Of a stretch of 64,000 bases of DNA, positions 27,530-35,674 are shown in pieces. Each line of letters begins with the position of its first letter. Positions within the stretch are counted from its first letter, which is position 1. Source of the stretch: a bacterium (GTDB lineage: Bacteria; Actinomycetota; Acidimicrobiia; Acidimicrobiales; Bin134); the NCBI GenBank assembly GCA_026705465.1, contig JAPPAP010000023.1, forward strand, positions 22,036 to 86,035, given 5' to 3'. Below the pieces are notes generated by a model that saw only the letters and a list, made by a program, of their open reading frames with translations, had not been told where the DNA came from and did no database searches. Position numbers and translations under genes: made by a program.

Positions 27530-28132
27530 GTGGCAGTAAGACTCCGGCTGATGCGGATGGGCAAGAAGAAGCAGCCCACGTACCGCGTGGTGGCCGCCGA
27601 TTCCCGTAAAGCCCGCAATGGGCGGTTCATCGAGATCGTGGGTACCTACAACCCCCGCCAAGAGCCGTCCTTGGTTGAGATCGACAATGAGCGGGCGTTG
27701 CACTGGCTTCGCCACGGCGCCCAGCCCAGCGAGCGGGTGCAGAAGCTGCTGGTCATCTCCGGAGCCTGGTCTGAATTCACTGGTGAACCCAGGCCCTCGA
27801 CAGTTCCTCCTGCCAAGGTGACCCAAGCCGCATCTGTTGAGGCTGAATCGGAAGCCGAGCCAGCAGAGGCGGCCGAGGATTCTGAGGCCGATGACACTGT
27901 TTCTGAGGCTGAATCGGAAGCCGAGCCAGCAGAGGCGGCCGAGGATTCTGAGGCCGATGACACTGTTTCTGAGGCTGAATCGGAAGCCGAGCCAGCAGAG
28001 GCGGCCGAGGATTCTGAGGCCGATGACACTGTTTCTGAGGCTGAATCGGCCGAGCCAGCAGAAGATTCTGAGGCCGGATCGGCCGAGGGCGAAGAACAAG
28101 CCACTGAGAAAGCCGAGGACGGGGGATCGTGA
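27530..28132 (+). CDS. rpsP: 30S ribosomal protein S16 with an acidic repeat tail of about 115 aa
   Basis: 'MAVRLRLMRMGKKKQPTYRVVAADSRKARNGRFIEIVGTYNP', followed by three copies of 'EAESEAEPAEAAEDSEADDTVS'. Confidence 0.9.
   Translation: MAVRLRLMRMGKKKQPTYRVVAADSRKARNGRFIEIVGTYNPRQEPSLVEIDNERALHWLRHGAQPSERVQKLLVISGAWSEFTGEPRPSTVPPAKVTQAASVEAESEAEPAEAAEDSEADDTVSEAESEAEPAEAAEDSEADDTVSEAESEAEPAEAAEDSEADDTVSEAESAEPAEDSEAGSAEGEEQATEKAEDGGS
27839..28080. repeat. three perfect copies of a 66-bp tandem repeat plus a degenerate fourth unit, in-frame within rpsP
   Basis: The units at 27839-27904, 27905-27970 and 27971-28036 are base-for-base identical (gaggctgaatcggaagccgagccagcagaggcggccgaggattctgaggccgatgacactgtttct). 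A decayed unit starts at 28037. Confidence 0.95.
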
Positions 28133-28479
28133 GCGACACCGACTTTGGAGCGGAAGACGAGGACTACGAGGACGACAACTACCGCGACGAATACGAAGAT
28201 GATGATTTCGACGACGATGGCGACATCAACACCATCGAAGTTCCCACCGCCCGGCATGTTCTGGAATACCTGGTCAAGTCGGTGGTGGAGAATCCCGACG
28301 ATGTCGAAGTGGAAGTAGTCGAACGTCAGGGTTCGGTTTCGCTGGAAGTCACGGTGGCCGAAGGGGACATGGGCCGGGTAATCGGTCGCAGGGGTCGGGT
28401 AGCCAACTCCATCCGAACCATCGTGCGGGCCGCGGCCAGCAAAGATGGCAGCTCCATCGACGTCGAATTCGTCGACTGA
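28129..28479 (+). CDS. KH-domain RNA-binding protein (YlqC-like) with acidic N-terminal extension
   Basis: 'GDMGRVIGRRGRVANSIRTIV' GxxG KH core. GTGA overlap with rpsP. N-terminal 'EDEDYEDDNYRDEYEDDDFDDDGD'. Confidence 0.8.
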   Translation: MSDTDFGAEDEDYEDDNYRDEYEDDDFDDDGDINTIEVPTARHVLEYLVKSVVENPDDVEVEVVERQGSVSLEVTVAEGDMGRVIGRRGRVANSIRTIVRAAASKDGSSIDVEFVD

Positions 28480-28957
28480 TCGACCCCAGCCGCCCCTTCT
28501 GCTTGAAGTCGGCCGCATCGACCGTGCTCATGGGGTCCGGGGTGAGGTCGTGGTCACGTTATGGACCAATCGCCCCGAGCGGCGAGAAGCCGGGGCAGTG
28601 CTCTGCGCTGAGTTCGGTGAACTCACCGTAGAGGGGGCTCGAGCCTTTCAGCACCGCTGGATTGTCCAGTTTGCCGAGATTCAGGATCGAGATGCTGCCG
28701 AATCCCTAAGAGGCCAAGTGTTGAAGGCGGAACCCATCGCCGATCCTGATGAACTGTGGGTCCATGAACTCATCGGCATGATGGTGTGCGAGACCGACGG
28801 CACCGAACGGGGTCGGGTCGAATCAGTGCAAGCCAATCCGGCCAGTGATTTGCTGGTCTTGGAGTCCGGAGCCTTGGTGCCCCTCACTTTCTTGCTGGAG
28901 CAAACAGGGGAACGATTAATTGTGGATGGGCCTGACGGCCTCTTCGACGAAGCATGA
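28445..28957 (+). CDS. rimM: ribosome maturation factor RimM
   Basis: 'LEVGRIDRAHGVRGEVVV' and the PRC-barrel C-terminus. The only in-frame canonical start is ATG 28445, giving a 35-nt overlap with the KH gene. Confidence 0.8.
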   Translation: MAAPSTSNSSTDRPQPPLLLEVGRIDRAHGVRGEVVVTLWTNRPERREAGAVLCAEFGELTVEGARAFQHRWIVQFAEIQDRDAAESLRGQVLKAEPIADPDELWVHELIGMMVCETDGTERGRVESVQANPASDLLVLESGALVPLTFLLEQTGERLIVDGPDGLFDEA

Positions 28958-28988
28958 GAGTCGGATAGCGAACCAGAATTGGCGACGC

Positions 28989-29714
28989 ATGAGAGTCGAC
29001 GTCTTCACCATCTTTCCTTCAATGTTCGAGGTGTTCTTGGACTTCGGGGTGATTGGGAGGGCAGTGGAGCAGGGGCGCCTTGAGGTGCGGGTTCATGACC
29101 TGAGGCAGGGGGCAGGAGACCCCCACCGCTCGGTTGATGATGCCCCATTCGGCGGAGGCGCAGGCATGGTGATGATGCCGGAGCCTCTGTTCAATTCGAT
29201 CGAGCAGGCCGATCCGCCTCGACCTCTGTTCTTGCTGGGGCCTGCTGGTCGCCGATTCGATCAGTCTGTCGCTCAAGGTCTGGCTAGCGGAGACGGGTTC
29301 TCGCTGCTGTGCGGTCGTTATGAAGGAGTCGATCAACGGGTGAGAGACCACCTTGTGGACGGGGAGCTGTCGCTGGGAGATTTTGTTCTGGCGGGCGGCG
29401 AGGTCGGGGCAATGGCGATTGTTGAGGCAGTGGGGAGGCTGGTTCCGGGCGTCTTGGGCAACGAGCTCTCTGCCGCCGATGAGTCATTCAGCGATGGGCT
29501 GCTGGAGTATCCCCACTACACCCGCCCGGCCGAGTTCCGGGGCTGGTCGGTGCCTGAGGTGCTGCGGTCGGGAGATCACGGCCGCGTTGACCGCTGGCGA
29601 AAAGCCCAGTCCTTGGCCCGAACGGTGACCTCCCGCCCCGACCTGGTGGATGCCCGTGGCGGATTGACTGAAGCAGAGCAAGCGCTCCTCGAAGAGTTCG
29701 GCCTCGCCGATTGA
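28989..29714 (+). CDS. trmD: tRNA (guanine37-N1)-methyltransferase
   Basis: 'MRVDVFTIFPSMF', 'VDDAPFGGGAGMVM', 'LLCGRYEGVDQRV', 'LSLGDFVLAGGE'. Confidence 0.9.
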   Translation: MRVDVFTIFPSMFEVFLDFGVIGRAVEQGRLEVRVHDLRQGAGDPHRSVDDAPFGGGAGMVMMPEPLFNSIEQADPPRPLFLLGPAGRRFDQSVAQGLASGDGFSLLCGRYEGVDQRVRDHLVDGELSLGDFVLAGGEVGAMAIVEAVGRLVPGVLGNELSAADESFSDGLLEYPHYTRPAEFRGWSVPEVLRSGDHGRVDRWRKAQSLARTVTSRPDLVDARGGLTEAEQALLEEFGLAD

Positions 29715-29784
29715 ATCCCGGTATGATTTTCTCTTGCGCCCCAAAGCCAGAGTTGGGCGCTGAAGTACTCACAAGAGGCGTGCT

Positions 29785-30129
29785 ATGAATCCCACCGACA
29801 TCGTTGATCGTGACACAAGACGCTCCGACATTCCCGAGTTTGGCCCCGGCGACACGGTCAAAGTGCATGTTCGGGTTGTGGAGGGCAACCGCGAGCGGGT
29901 TCAGATCTTCGAGGGGGTAGTCATCCGCCGACAGGGCAGCGGTATTCGGGAGACCTTTACCGTCCGAAAGGTGAGCTTTGGCGTGGGAGTGGAGCGCACA
30001 TTCCCGGTTCATTCGCCCATCATCGCCAAGATCGAGGTCGGTGCCCGCGGCGATGTGCGCCGGGCCAAGCTCTACTACTTGCGCGATCGCATCGGACGGG
30101 CGGCCCGCGTCAAGGAAAAGCGCTTCTAG
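29785..30129 (+). CDS. rplS: 50S ribosomal protein L19
   Basis: '[29 protein letters not shown]', '[10 protein letters not shown]', 'RRAKLYYLR'. Confidence 0.95.
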   Translation: MNPTDIVDRDTRRSDIPEFGPGDTVKVHVRVVEGNRERVQIFEGVVIRRQGSGIRETFTVRKVSFGVGVERTFPVHSPIIAKIEVGARGDVRRAKLYYLRDRIGRAARVKEKRF

Positions 30130-30176
30130 CCTGCGCTTCTGGCTAAGTTGTCGCTCCCCGTGTTTACGGTGGAGGC

Positions 30177-30521
30177 ATGGCGTACAAGCAGGCGCTGGGA
30201 CGTTGGGGCGAAGACCGCGTGGTCCGGTGGTATCGCCGTCATGGGTTCGAGGTTCTTGAACGCAACTGGCGGTGTCGGCATGGGGAGCTGGATGTGATCG
30301 TGCGGCGTGGGTCAGTCGTTGCCGTCTGTGAAGTCAAGACCCGATCGTCGAACGCATTCGGCACTCCAGCCGAAGCTGTCGGCTGGCAGAAGCAGCGGCG
30401 AATTCGCCGGCTAGCCGTTCAGTGGTTGTCCGAGCAGGAGCACAGGGGAGCTGTGCAGCTTCGGTTTGATGTCGCCGAAGTGATGGGGCGAGAGATCCGG
30501 GTAATCGAGTCAGCGTTCTAG
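30177..30521 (+). CDS. YraN-family (UPF0102) endonuclease-like protein
   Basis: 'GRWGEDRVVRWYRRHGFEVLERNWRCRHGELDVIV', 'VAVCEVKTR'. Confidence 0.8.
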   Translation: MAYKQALGRWGEDRVVRWYRRHGFEVLERNWRCRHGELDVIVRRGSVVAVCEVKTRSSNAFGTPAEAVGWQKQRRIRRLAVQWLSEQEHRGAVQLRFDVAEVMGREIRVIESAF

Positions 30522-30656
30522 CCGACCCCAAACAACTTCAGCCCAGCACGGCCCACAGAATCAGTCCGATGCAGACCAGCAGGCCCAACGCCACATACCA
30601 GTAGTCGAACCGGGTGCGCCGTTGCTTGCGTGTGGGATCAAAGCCGATATCCCAGT

Positions 30657-31034
30657 ATGTTCCCAAAGGTGACGGCGAGGAAAGCCATTGTTCGTTGGCT
30701 GGCAGCCCTTGCCCTGGCTTTGGCAGTCGCGGCCGGTTGCGGGTCTGACTCTTCTCCCGAGGTGGAGGAGGGTCCCGAGGGAACCCCTGATCCTGTGCTA
30801 GTTACCGGCCGATCGGTGTTCGTCGATCGGTGCTCTTCCTGTCATGACGCCGATGGCAGTGGGACCGGAGACGGCCCTCGGCTGAACCGAGGTCGGCTCG
30901 TACAGGTTTACGCCAATCCTGACGACGCTGTTGCAGTGGTGTCGGAGGGCCGCAATCGCATGCCGGCATTCGGTGGCCTGTTGACCAGGGATGAAATCGA
31001 TGCGGTGCTCCGCTACATAAACGAGGTTCTCTGA
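30657..31034 (+). CDS. monoheme class-I cytochrome c, probable lipoprotein
   Basis: Lipobox-like 'LALAVAAGC', heme motif 'CSSCHD', distal 'RMPAFG' Met. Start ambiguous (GTG 30630, ATG 30657 or GTG 30669). Confidence 0.75.
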   Translation: MFPKVTARKAIVRWLAALALALAVAAGCGSDSSPEVEEGPEGTPDPVLVTGRSVFVDRCSSCHDADGSGTGDGPRLNRGRLVQVYANPDDAVAVVSEGRNRMPAFGGLLTRDEIDAVLRYINEVL

Positions 31035-31162
31035 AGCCCCGGGGTTGGGCGATGACTTGGTGTAGTTGTCACCGGCAATCGGTAGAGTCTCGACAACGCG
31101 TGTGACCAGCGTTACGGGTCACTCCCCAGGCACGAGGAGCCGTCCTCGAGAAAGCACCATCC

Positions 31163-32698
31163 GTGCTCGCCACCATTCCAGCTTCGGTTCTCGCTGGCAT
31201 TACCGGACATCCCGTTTCGGTTGAAGTCCACGTTTCTGCCGGCCTGCCCACCTTTACCGTTGTCGGCCTTCCCGATGCCGCGTGCCGAGAGGCCCGAGAT
31301 CGGGTTCGTGCTGCCCTGCTCTCTAGCGGGATCGTTTGGCCCCCGGGCCGCATCACCGTGAACCTGGCGCCTTCCGGGATCCGGAAGGAAGGACCAGGGC
31401 TCGACTTGGCCATCGCCATGGGGGTGATGGTTGCCGACGAGCAGTTGCCTGCTGAAGCAGTGGCCAGTATGGCCTTCTTGGCCGAACTGGGGCTGGATGG
31501 CCGGCTCCGGGCTGTGCCCGGCGTACTGCCCCAGGTGCGCTGTCTAGAGACCGCTGCGGTCGTGGTGGCTCCTGAGAGTGCGGCAGAGGCTGCTTTAGCA
31601 AATGGTCCCGTGGTCCGGGCACCATCCACGCTGGCTGAGCTCGTCTCCGCGCTCCGGGGGGAGTCGTGTTGGCCCGACCCACCCCTTGCCGGGACGGAGA
31701 ACCGGTTGGAAGATGGGGTGGACTTGGCCGAGGTGCGAGGCCAGCACATGGCTCGCTTGGGACTGGAGGTGGCCGCAGCCGGCGGACATCACCTGCTGAT
31801 GATCGGGCCTCCTGGCGCGGGCAAGACCATGTTGGCCCGGCGGCTGCCTGGACTCCTTCCCCCTCTAGATGAGACCACCGCCATTGAGGTGACAATGGTG
31901 CACTCCGCCGCCGGTTTGGACCTGCCCTCCTCAGGGCTGGTTTGCCAGGGCCCGTGGCAGGCGCCTCACCACTCGGCTTCGATGATCTCGCTGGTGGGAG
32001 GTGGGAGCCAGACATTGCGGCCCGGTGCGATCAGCTGCGCCCATGGCGGGGTGCTGTTCTTGGACGAGATGGGGGAGTTCGCGCCCCAAGCCCTCGACGC
32101 GCTGCGCCAGCCGCTAGAGGAGGGGGTGATTCGAGTTAATCGAGCCACGGCGGCGGCCTCATTTCCCGCTCGATTCCTCTTGGTGGGGGCGATGAATCCG
32201 TGTCCATGCGGGGAGCTCGGACAGCCTGGCATGTGCCGGTGTACCCCGGTGGCCCGATTGCGGTATGCCCGACGGCTGAGTGGCCCGCTTCTCGACCGGT
32301 TCGATCTGAGAATCCATGTGGGGCGTCCGGAAGTCAGCGACTTGTTCGATGCCCCACCAGGGGAGTCATCCGCCGAGGTCAGAGAAAGAGTTGATCGGGC
32401 AAGGGGCATCGCTCGCGACCGGGGGGTGGCCTCCAACAGCGAGCTAAAGGACGACGCATTGGACCAACTGGCTCCTCTAGATCCAGAAGCCAAGAATCTG
32501 CTTGGCCACGCCATCGCGGAGGGCCGGCTTACCGCCCGGGGCTTCCAGCGGGTTCGTCGGGTTGCTCTCACTCTGACCGATCTGGCTGAGCAGTCGCCCC
32601 CTCTGAACGGAATGGTCGTCGCCCAAGCTCTGTTCATGCGGACTGAGCCGGTCACTGTGGCCCACGACTCCTGGAGCTTCGCCAATGCCAAGAGATGA
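31163..32698 (+). CDS. YifB/ComM-family Mg-chelatase-like AAA+ ATPase
   Basis: Lon-like N-terminal domain 'GLPTFTVVGLPDAACREARDRV', 'LMIGPPGAGKTMLA', 'VLFLDEMGEF', Zn-like 'NPCPCG'. Confidence 0.9.
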   Translation: MLATIPASVLAGITGHPVSVEVHVSAGLPTFTVVGLPDAACREARDRVRAALLSSGIVWPPGRITVNLAPSGIRKEGPGLDLAIAMGVMVADEQLPAEAVASMAFLAELGLDGRLRAVPGVLPQVRCLETAAVVVAPESAAEAALANGPVVRAPSTLAELVSALRGESCWPDPPLAGTENRLEDGVDLAEVRGQHMARLGLEVAAAGGHHLLMIGPPGAGKTMLARRLPGLLPPLDETTAIEVTMVHSAAGLDLPSSGLVCQGPWQAPHHSASMISLVGGGSQTLRPGAISCAHGGVLFLDEMGEFAPQALDALRQPLEEGVIRVNRATAAASFPARFLLVGAMNPCPCGELGQPGMCRCTPVARLRYARRLSGPLLDRFDLRIHVGRPEVSDLFDAPPGESSAEVRERVDRARGIARDRGVASNSELKDDALDQLAPLDPEAKNLLGHAIAEGRLTARGFQRVRRVALTLTDLAEQSPPLNGMVVAQALFMRTEPVTVAHDSWSFANAKR

Positions 32699-33896
32699 GT
32701 TCTTGACCGGATTTGGGGTGGAACAGGTGTTTGGAGCTTCGCCAATGTCCGCTCAAGATCTTGCGAGGGCAGGGGTCGATGCCGAAGACGCAGAAGAGTT
32801 GCCGGTTGAGGCATGGCTCGTAGCGCTGGCTTCTCTGCCCGCAGTGGGACCGGCTCGGCTGCGGGCGCTGCTCGCTGCCGACAGGCCGGCTGAAGTGTGG
32901 GCCAGTCTTCAAGGTCCATCGTCGCCTGAGCTTGTCCAAGTGGCCGGGAAACAAGATCTATATGAGCAATGGCGCCGCACTGCCGCTGTTCTTGACGTAG
33001 CCCAGTTGTGGTTTCAGCACCGTGAGCACGGCATTGGTGTGGCTGCCTTGGGCACTCCCGGATATCCGTCGGCCTTGTCCCATGATTTAGATCCGCCCGC
33101 AGTGGTGTTCCACAAAGGCAATCCTCAAGTGATCAACGGCCCGCGCGTAGCTATCGTCGGCACCCGTCGCTGCACTCGCTACGGCAGCGATGTGGCATTC
33201 GAGTTAGGTCGGGACTTGTCCTCGGCCGGTGTGGGAGTCGTCTCAGGTCTAGCCCTGGGAATCGATGCTGCTGCTCATGCTGGCGCTCTGGAGGCAAAGG
33301 TCGCTCCGCCCATTGGTGTGGTGGGCAATGGCATGGACAAGGTGTATCCAGAACGCAACCGAGCTCTGTGGCGGGCAGTGGCCGATCAGGGAGTTTTGTT
33401 GGGTGAGGCTCCACTGGGTGCCCCTCCCGAACGATGGAGGTTTCCGGCGCGGAATCGCGTCATCGCGGCCCTCGCTGACGTGGTTGTGGTGGTGGAGTCG
33501 CACGCTTCAGGAGGGGCCATGCACACAGTGGCCGAGGCCGCGGCCCGGGATCGGGCTGTCTTGGCTGTTCCCGGTCCAGTGCGGAGCTCGGCATCGGATG
33601 GCTGCCTGGAGTTGCTGGCTGATGGTTGCGCACCCTGCCGCGACGCAGATGACGTGCTGCTGGCATTAGGTATGTCCGGTGCCGAGACCGCCTTTTTGGA
33701 TTCCCGGCAGGATCCCGGCCCCGTCGGCCAACAGGTGCTGGATGCGCTGGGCTGGCAGCCCGCCGATATCGAGCAGATCATGGGCGGTACCGATTTGCCC
33801 ATGGTTCAAGTGGTTGGGGCGGTGGAGGAGTTGCGGGCGGCGGGCTGGGTAGCAGTCTCAGGACGTTGGGTTGAGCGGGTGGGCATCCCTCGGTGA
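32685..33896 (+). CDS. dprA: DNA-processing protein DprA
   Basis: 'VAIVGTRRCTRYG', 'VVSGLALGIDAAAH', 'FPARNRVIAALAD'. Two identical SD+ATG contexts at 32685 and 32745. Confidence 0.85.
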   Translation: MPRDEFLTGFGVEQVFGASPMSAQDLARAGVDAEDAEELPVEAWLVALASLPAVGPARLRALLAADRPAEVWASLQGPSSPELVQVAGKQDLYEQWRRTAAVLDVAQLWFQHREHGIGVAALGTPGYPSALSHDLDPPAVVFHKGNPQVINGPRVAIVGTRRCTRYGSDVAFELGRDLSSAGVGVVSGLALGIDAAAHAGALEAKVAPPIGVVGNGMDKVYPERNRALWRAVADQGVLLGEAPLGAPPERWRFPARNRVIAALADVVVVVESHASGGAMHTVAEAAARDRAVLAVPGPVRSSASDGCLELLADGCAPCRDADDVLLALGMSGAETAFLDSRQDPGPVGQQVLDALGWQPADIEQIMGGTDLPMVQVVGAVEELRAAGWVAVSGRWVERVGIPR

Positions 33897-33936
33897 GCTA
33901 CACAGAGCCAGATAGGCGAGTCGGTAGGCTTGGGGA

Positions 33937-34848
33937 TTGATGGGGTGGGATCTGGACACCTTTGCCGCGTCGGCTGCTTCGGTCAGCGAAGGCACCAAGG
34001 CGATGTACTGCCGCGAAGTCACCGCGTTCTCCGAGTGGCTGGCAAACACCAGAGCCAGTTCCACCGCGGTTGTTGGTTGGGATACAGGTCCTGATGTTGT
34101 CGACCTCCGCATGATCCGCAGGTATCTGGCCTACCTGAGTACGGAGGGCTATGCCCGCAAGACAGTGGCTCGCAAGGCCACTGCACTGCGCCGCTATTTC
34201 CGCTGGGCGGAACGCACTGGACGAGTGGCCGTGGACCCCACGATTGGTGCGATGACGTCGACTCGAGAGCGTCGCCTGCCACGAGTGCTGCGCTCGGAGG
34301 AGTTGGGAGCCCTGTTGGACAAGCCGCGAACCGCATTGGCCGACGACAGCAGCGCTCGCCGCCAGCGCGATATGGCGGTCTTGGAGCTGCTCTATGGCAG
34401 CGGTCTACGGGTCAGCGAGGTATGCGCCATCCGACTCGGTGACATCGATTTGAAGCATCAGCGTCTGATAGTGAACGGGAAGGGATCGAAGCAGCGGGTC
34501 GTGCCGCTAAGTGAGCCAGCGGCCCTTGCCCTAGCGGAGTGGTTGGACGACGGCCGAAGAGAAATGGCTGATCCCTCCGTAGCCGGCGATGCCGCGTTCG
34601 TGAACCTGCACGGACGACCGCTCAACACCCAGGCAGTACGGCGGCTGGTCAATCGTCGAGCAGGAACGCAGACCAACCCTCACGCCTTGCGCCACACCTT
34701 TGCCACCCACCTGCTTGATGGGGGTGCCGACCTCAGGCAAGTGCAGGAACTGTTGGGACACTCCGATCTGGGATCGACTCAGATCTATACCCATGTCAGC
34801 CGGGACCGGCTCCGCAGAGTGGTGGAGGACAGCCACCCGCGTGCCTGA
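33937..34848 (+). CDS. xerC: tyrosine recombinase XerC/XerD family (xerC position after dprA)
   Basis: 'LELLYGSGLRVSE', 'HALRHTFATHLL', 'LGHSDLGSTQIYTHV' (R..HxxR..Y catalytic set). Confidence 0.85.
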   Translation: MMGWDLDTFAASAASVSEGTKAMYCREVTAFSEWLANTRASSTAVVGWDTGPDVVDLRMIRRYLAYLSTEGYARKTVARKATALRRYFRWAERTGRVAVDPTIGAMTSTRERRLPRVLRSEELGALLDKPRTALADDSSARRQRDMAVLELLYGSGLRVSEVCAIRLGDIDLKHQRLIVNGKGSKQRVVPLSEPAALALAEWLDDGRREMADPSVAGDAAFVNLHGRPLNTQAVRRLVNRRAGTQTNPHALRHTFATHLLDGGADLRQVQELLGHSDLGSTQIYTHVSRDRLRRVVEDSHPRA

Positions 34849-34920
34849 GAGCAACTGGACGCGGATTTTGTCGGTAGGCTGAAGTGGCTTCCCCTGGCTT
34901 CGAAGAGTCGAGGGGATGTC

Positions 34921-35469
34921 ATGGTGCTGGGAGTGCGCATCTGCGGGCTGGTGGCTGCCGCAGCGTCTGCTTGGTTGACATTGCACCCTGGCCAGCTAGT
35001 TCCTGAGAATCCGCCACAGATTGCTCAGGCTGAAGGAGCGAAAGACTCCCCCTGGTCGTACCTGCCTCCCGTGGATGCAGAAGTTGTCGATTCCTTCCGA
35101 GCTCCTGAACATGTGGGGGCACCGGGCAATCGGGGTCTGGAGTACGAGCCTGCCCCTGGACAGCCCGTGCGGGCGTCGGCTGCGGGCGAGGTGGTGTTTG
35201 CCGGTTCGGTAGCCCGCAATCGGTTCGTGACCGTGATGCACGGAGACGGACTGCGCACTTCCTACGGCTATTTGGGATGGATTGCCGTCGCAAAAGGCGA
35301 CTGGGTGGTGCCTGGCCAACTGGTGGGTACCACTTCTGACCGCTTCTTTTTCAGCGTGCGGACGGGAGACATGTACCTTGACCCCGCGCTGGTGCTGTCC
35401 GCAGGACGGGTGAGGCTGGTGCCCCATGGCGAACCTGTTGGCCGCAGTCGGCTTCCTGCCGCTGGATAA
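34921..35469 (+). CDS. M23-family (LytM-like) metallopeptidase
   Basis: N-terminal hydrophobic segment, 'GNRGLEY', 'GEVVFAG', 'VTVMHGDGLRTSYGYL'. Same position upstream of rpsB as in other actinobacteria. Confidence 0.75.
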   Translation: MVLGVRICGLVAAAASAWLTLHPGQLVPENPPQIAQAEGAKDSPWSYLPPVDAEVVDSFRAPEHVGAPGNRGLEYEPAPGQPVRASAAGEVVFAGSVARNRFVTVMHGDGLRTSYGYLGWIAVAKGDWVVPGQLVGTTSDRFFFSVRTGDMYLDPALVLSAGRVRLVPHGEPVGRSRLPAAG

Positions 35470-35528
35470 TGCTTGTGGCCGCGCCGCAGTCGGTGACGCC
35501 GGTGTCCGCTCCGCAGTCGGCTTCCTGC
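35442..35528. repeat. 18-bp perfect direct repeat, with a third 10-nt partial copy, at the M23 3' end and rpsB upstream region
   Basis: ccgcagtcggcttcctgc at 35442-35459 and 35511-35528; ccgcagtcgg also at 35484-35493. Confidence 0.9.
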
Positions 35529-35674
35529 TTATGGATGGGTTCCATAGCTCGGCTATCGTGTACCTCGGCCTGGAAGCAGTTCCCGGCTGAAGAAATTACC
35601 GCCCGGGGCATCCCACGGTCGCCAATAGGTGCTGACTCCGGGTTTCGCTGAACCGCTGGGAGAGGAGAAAAGCC

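Noticed and set aside
27839-28080. 66-bp perfect repeats as a possible CRISPR array
   Set aside because: The repeats are directly abutting with no spacers. They are in-frame inside rpsP and encode a peptide repeat, and there are no cas genes in the window.
29715-29784. Bulged hairpin (gcgcccc..ttgggcgc) upstream of rplS as an L19 leader, and similar small stems upstream of rpmF (16760-16790) and comM (31133-31148)
   Set aside because: The stems are short (6-8 bp) in GC-rich DNA, where such pairings arise by chance, and I cannot assess covariation. The known L19 leader is a Firmicute motif, and I see no resemblance that I can defend.
31163-34848. comM-dprA-xerC as a competence island or an integrase-bounded mobile element
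   Set aside because: This trio is a widely conserved chromosomal arrangement in actinobacteria. There is no flanking tRNA, att-like repeat, compositional shift or phage/plasmid gene. I found no dif-like 28-mer nearby by eye.
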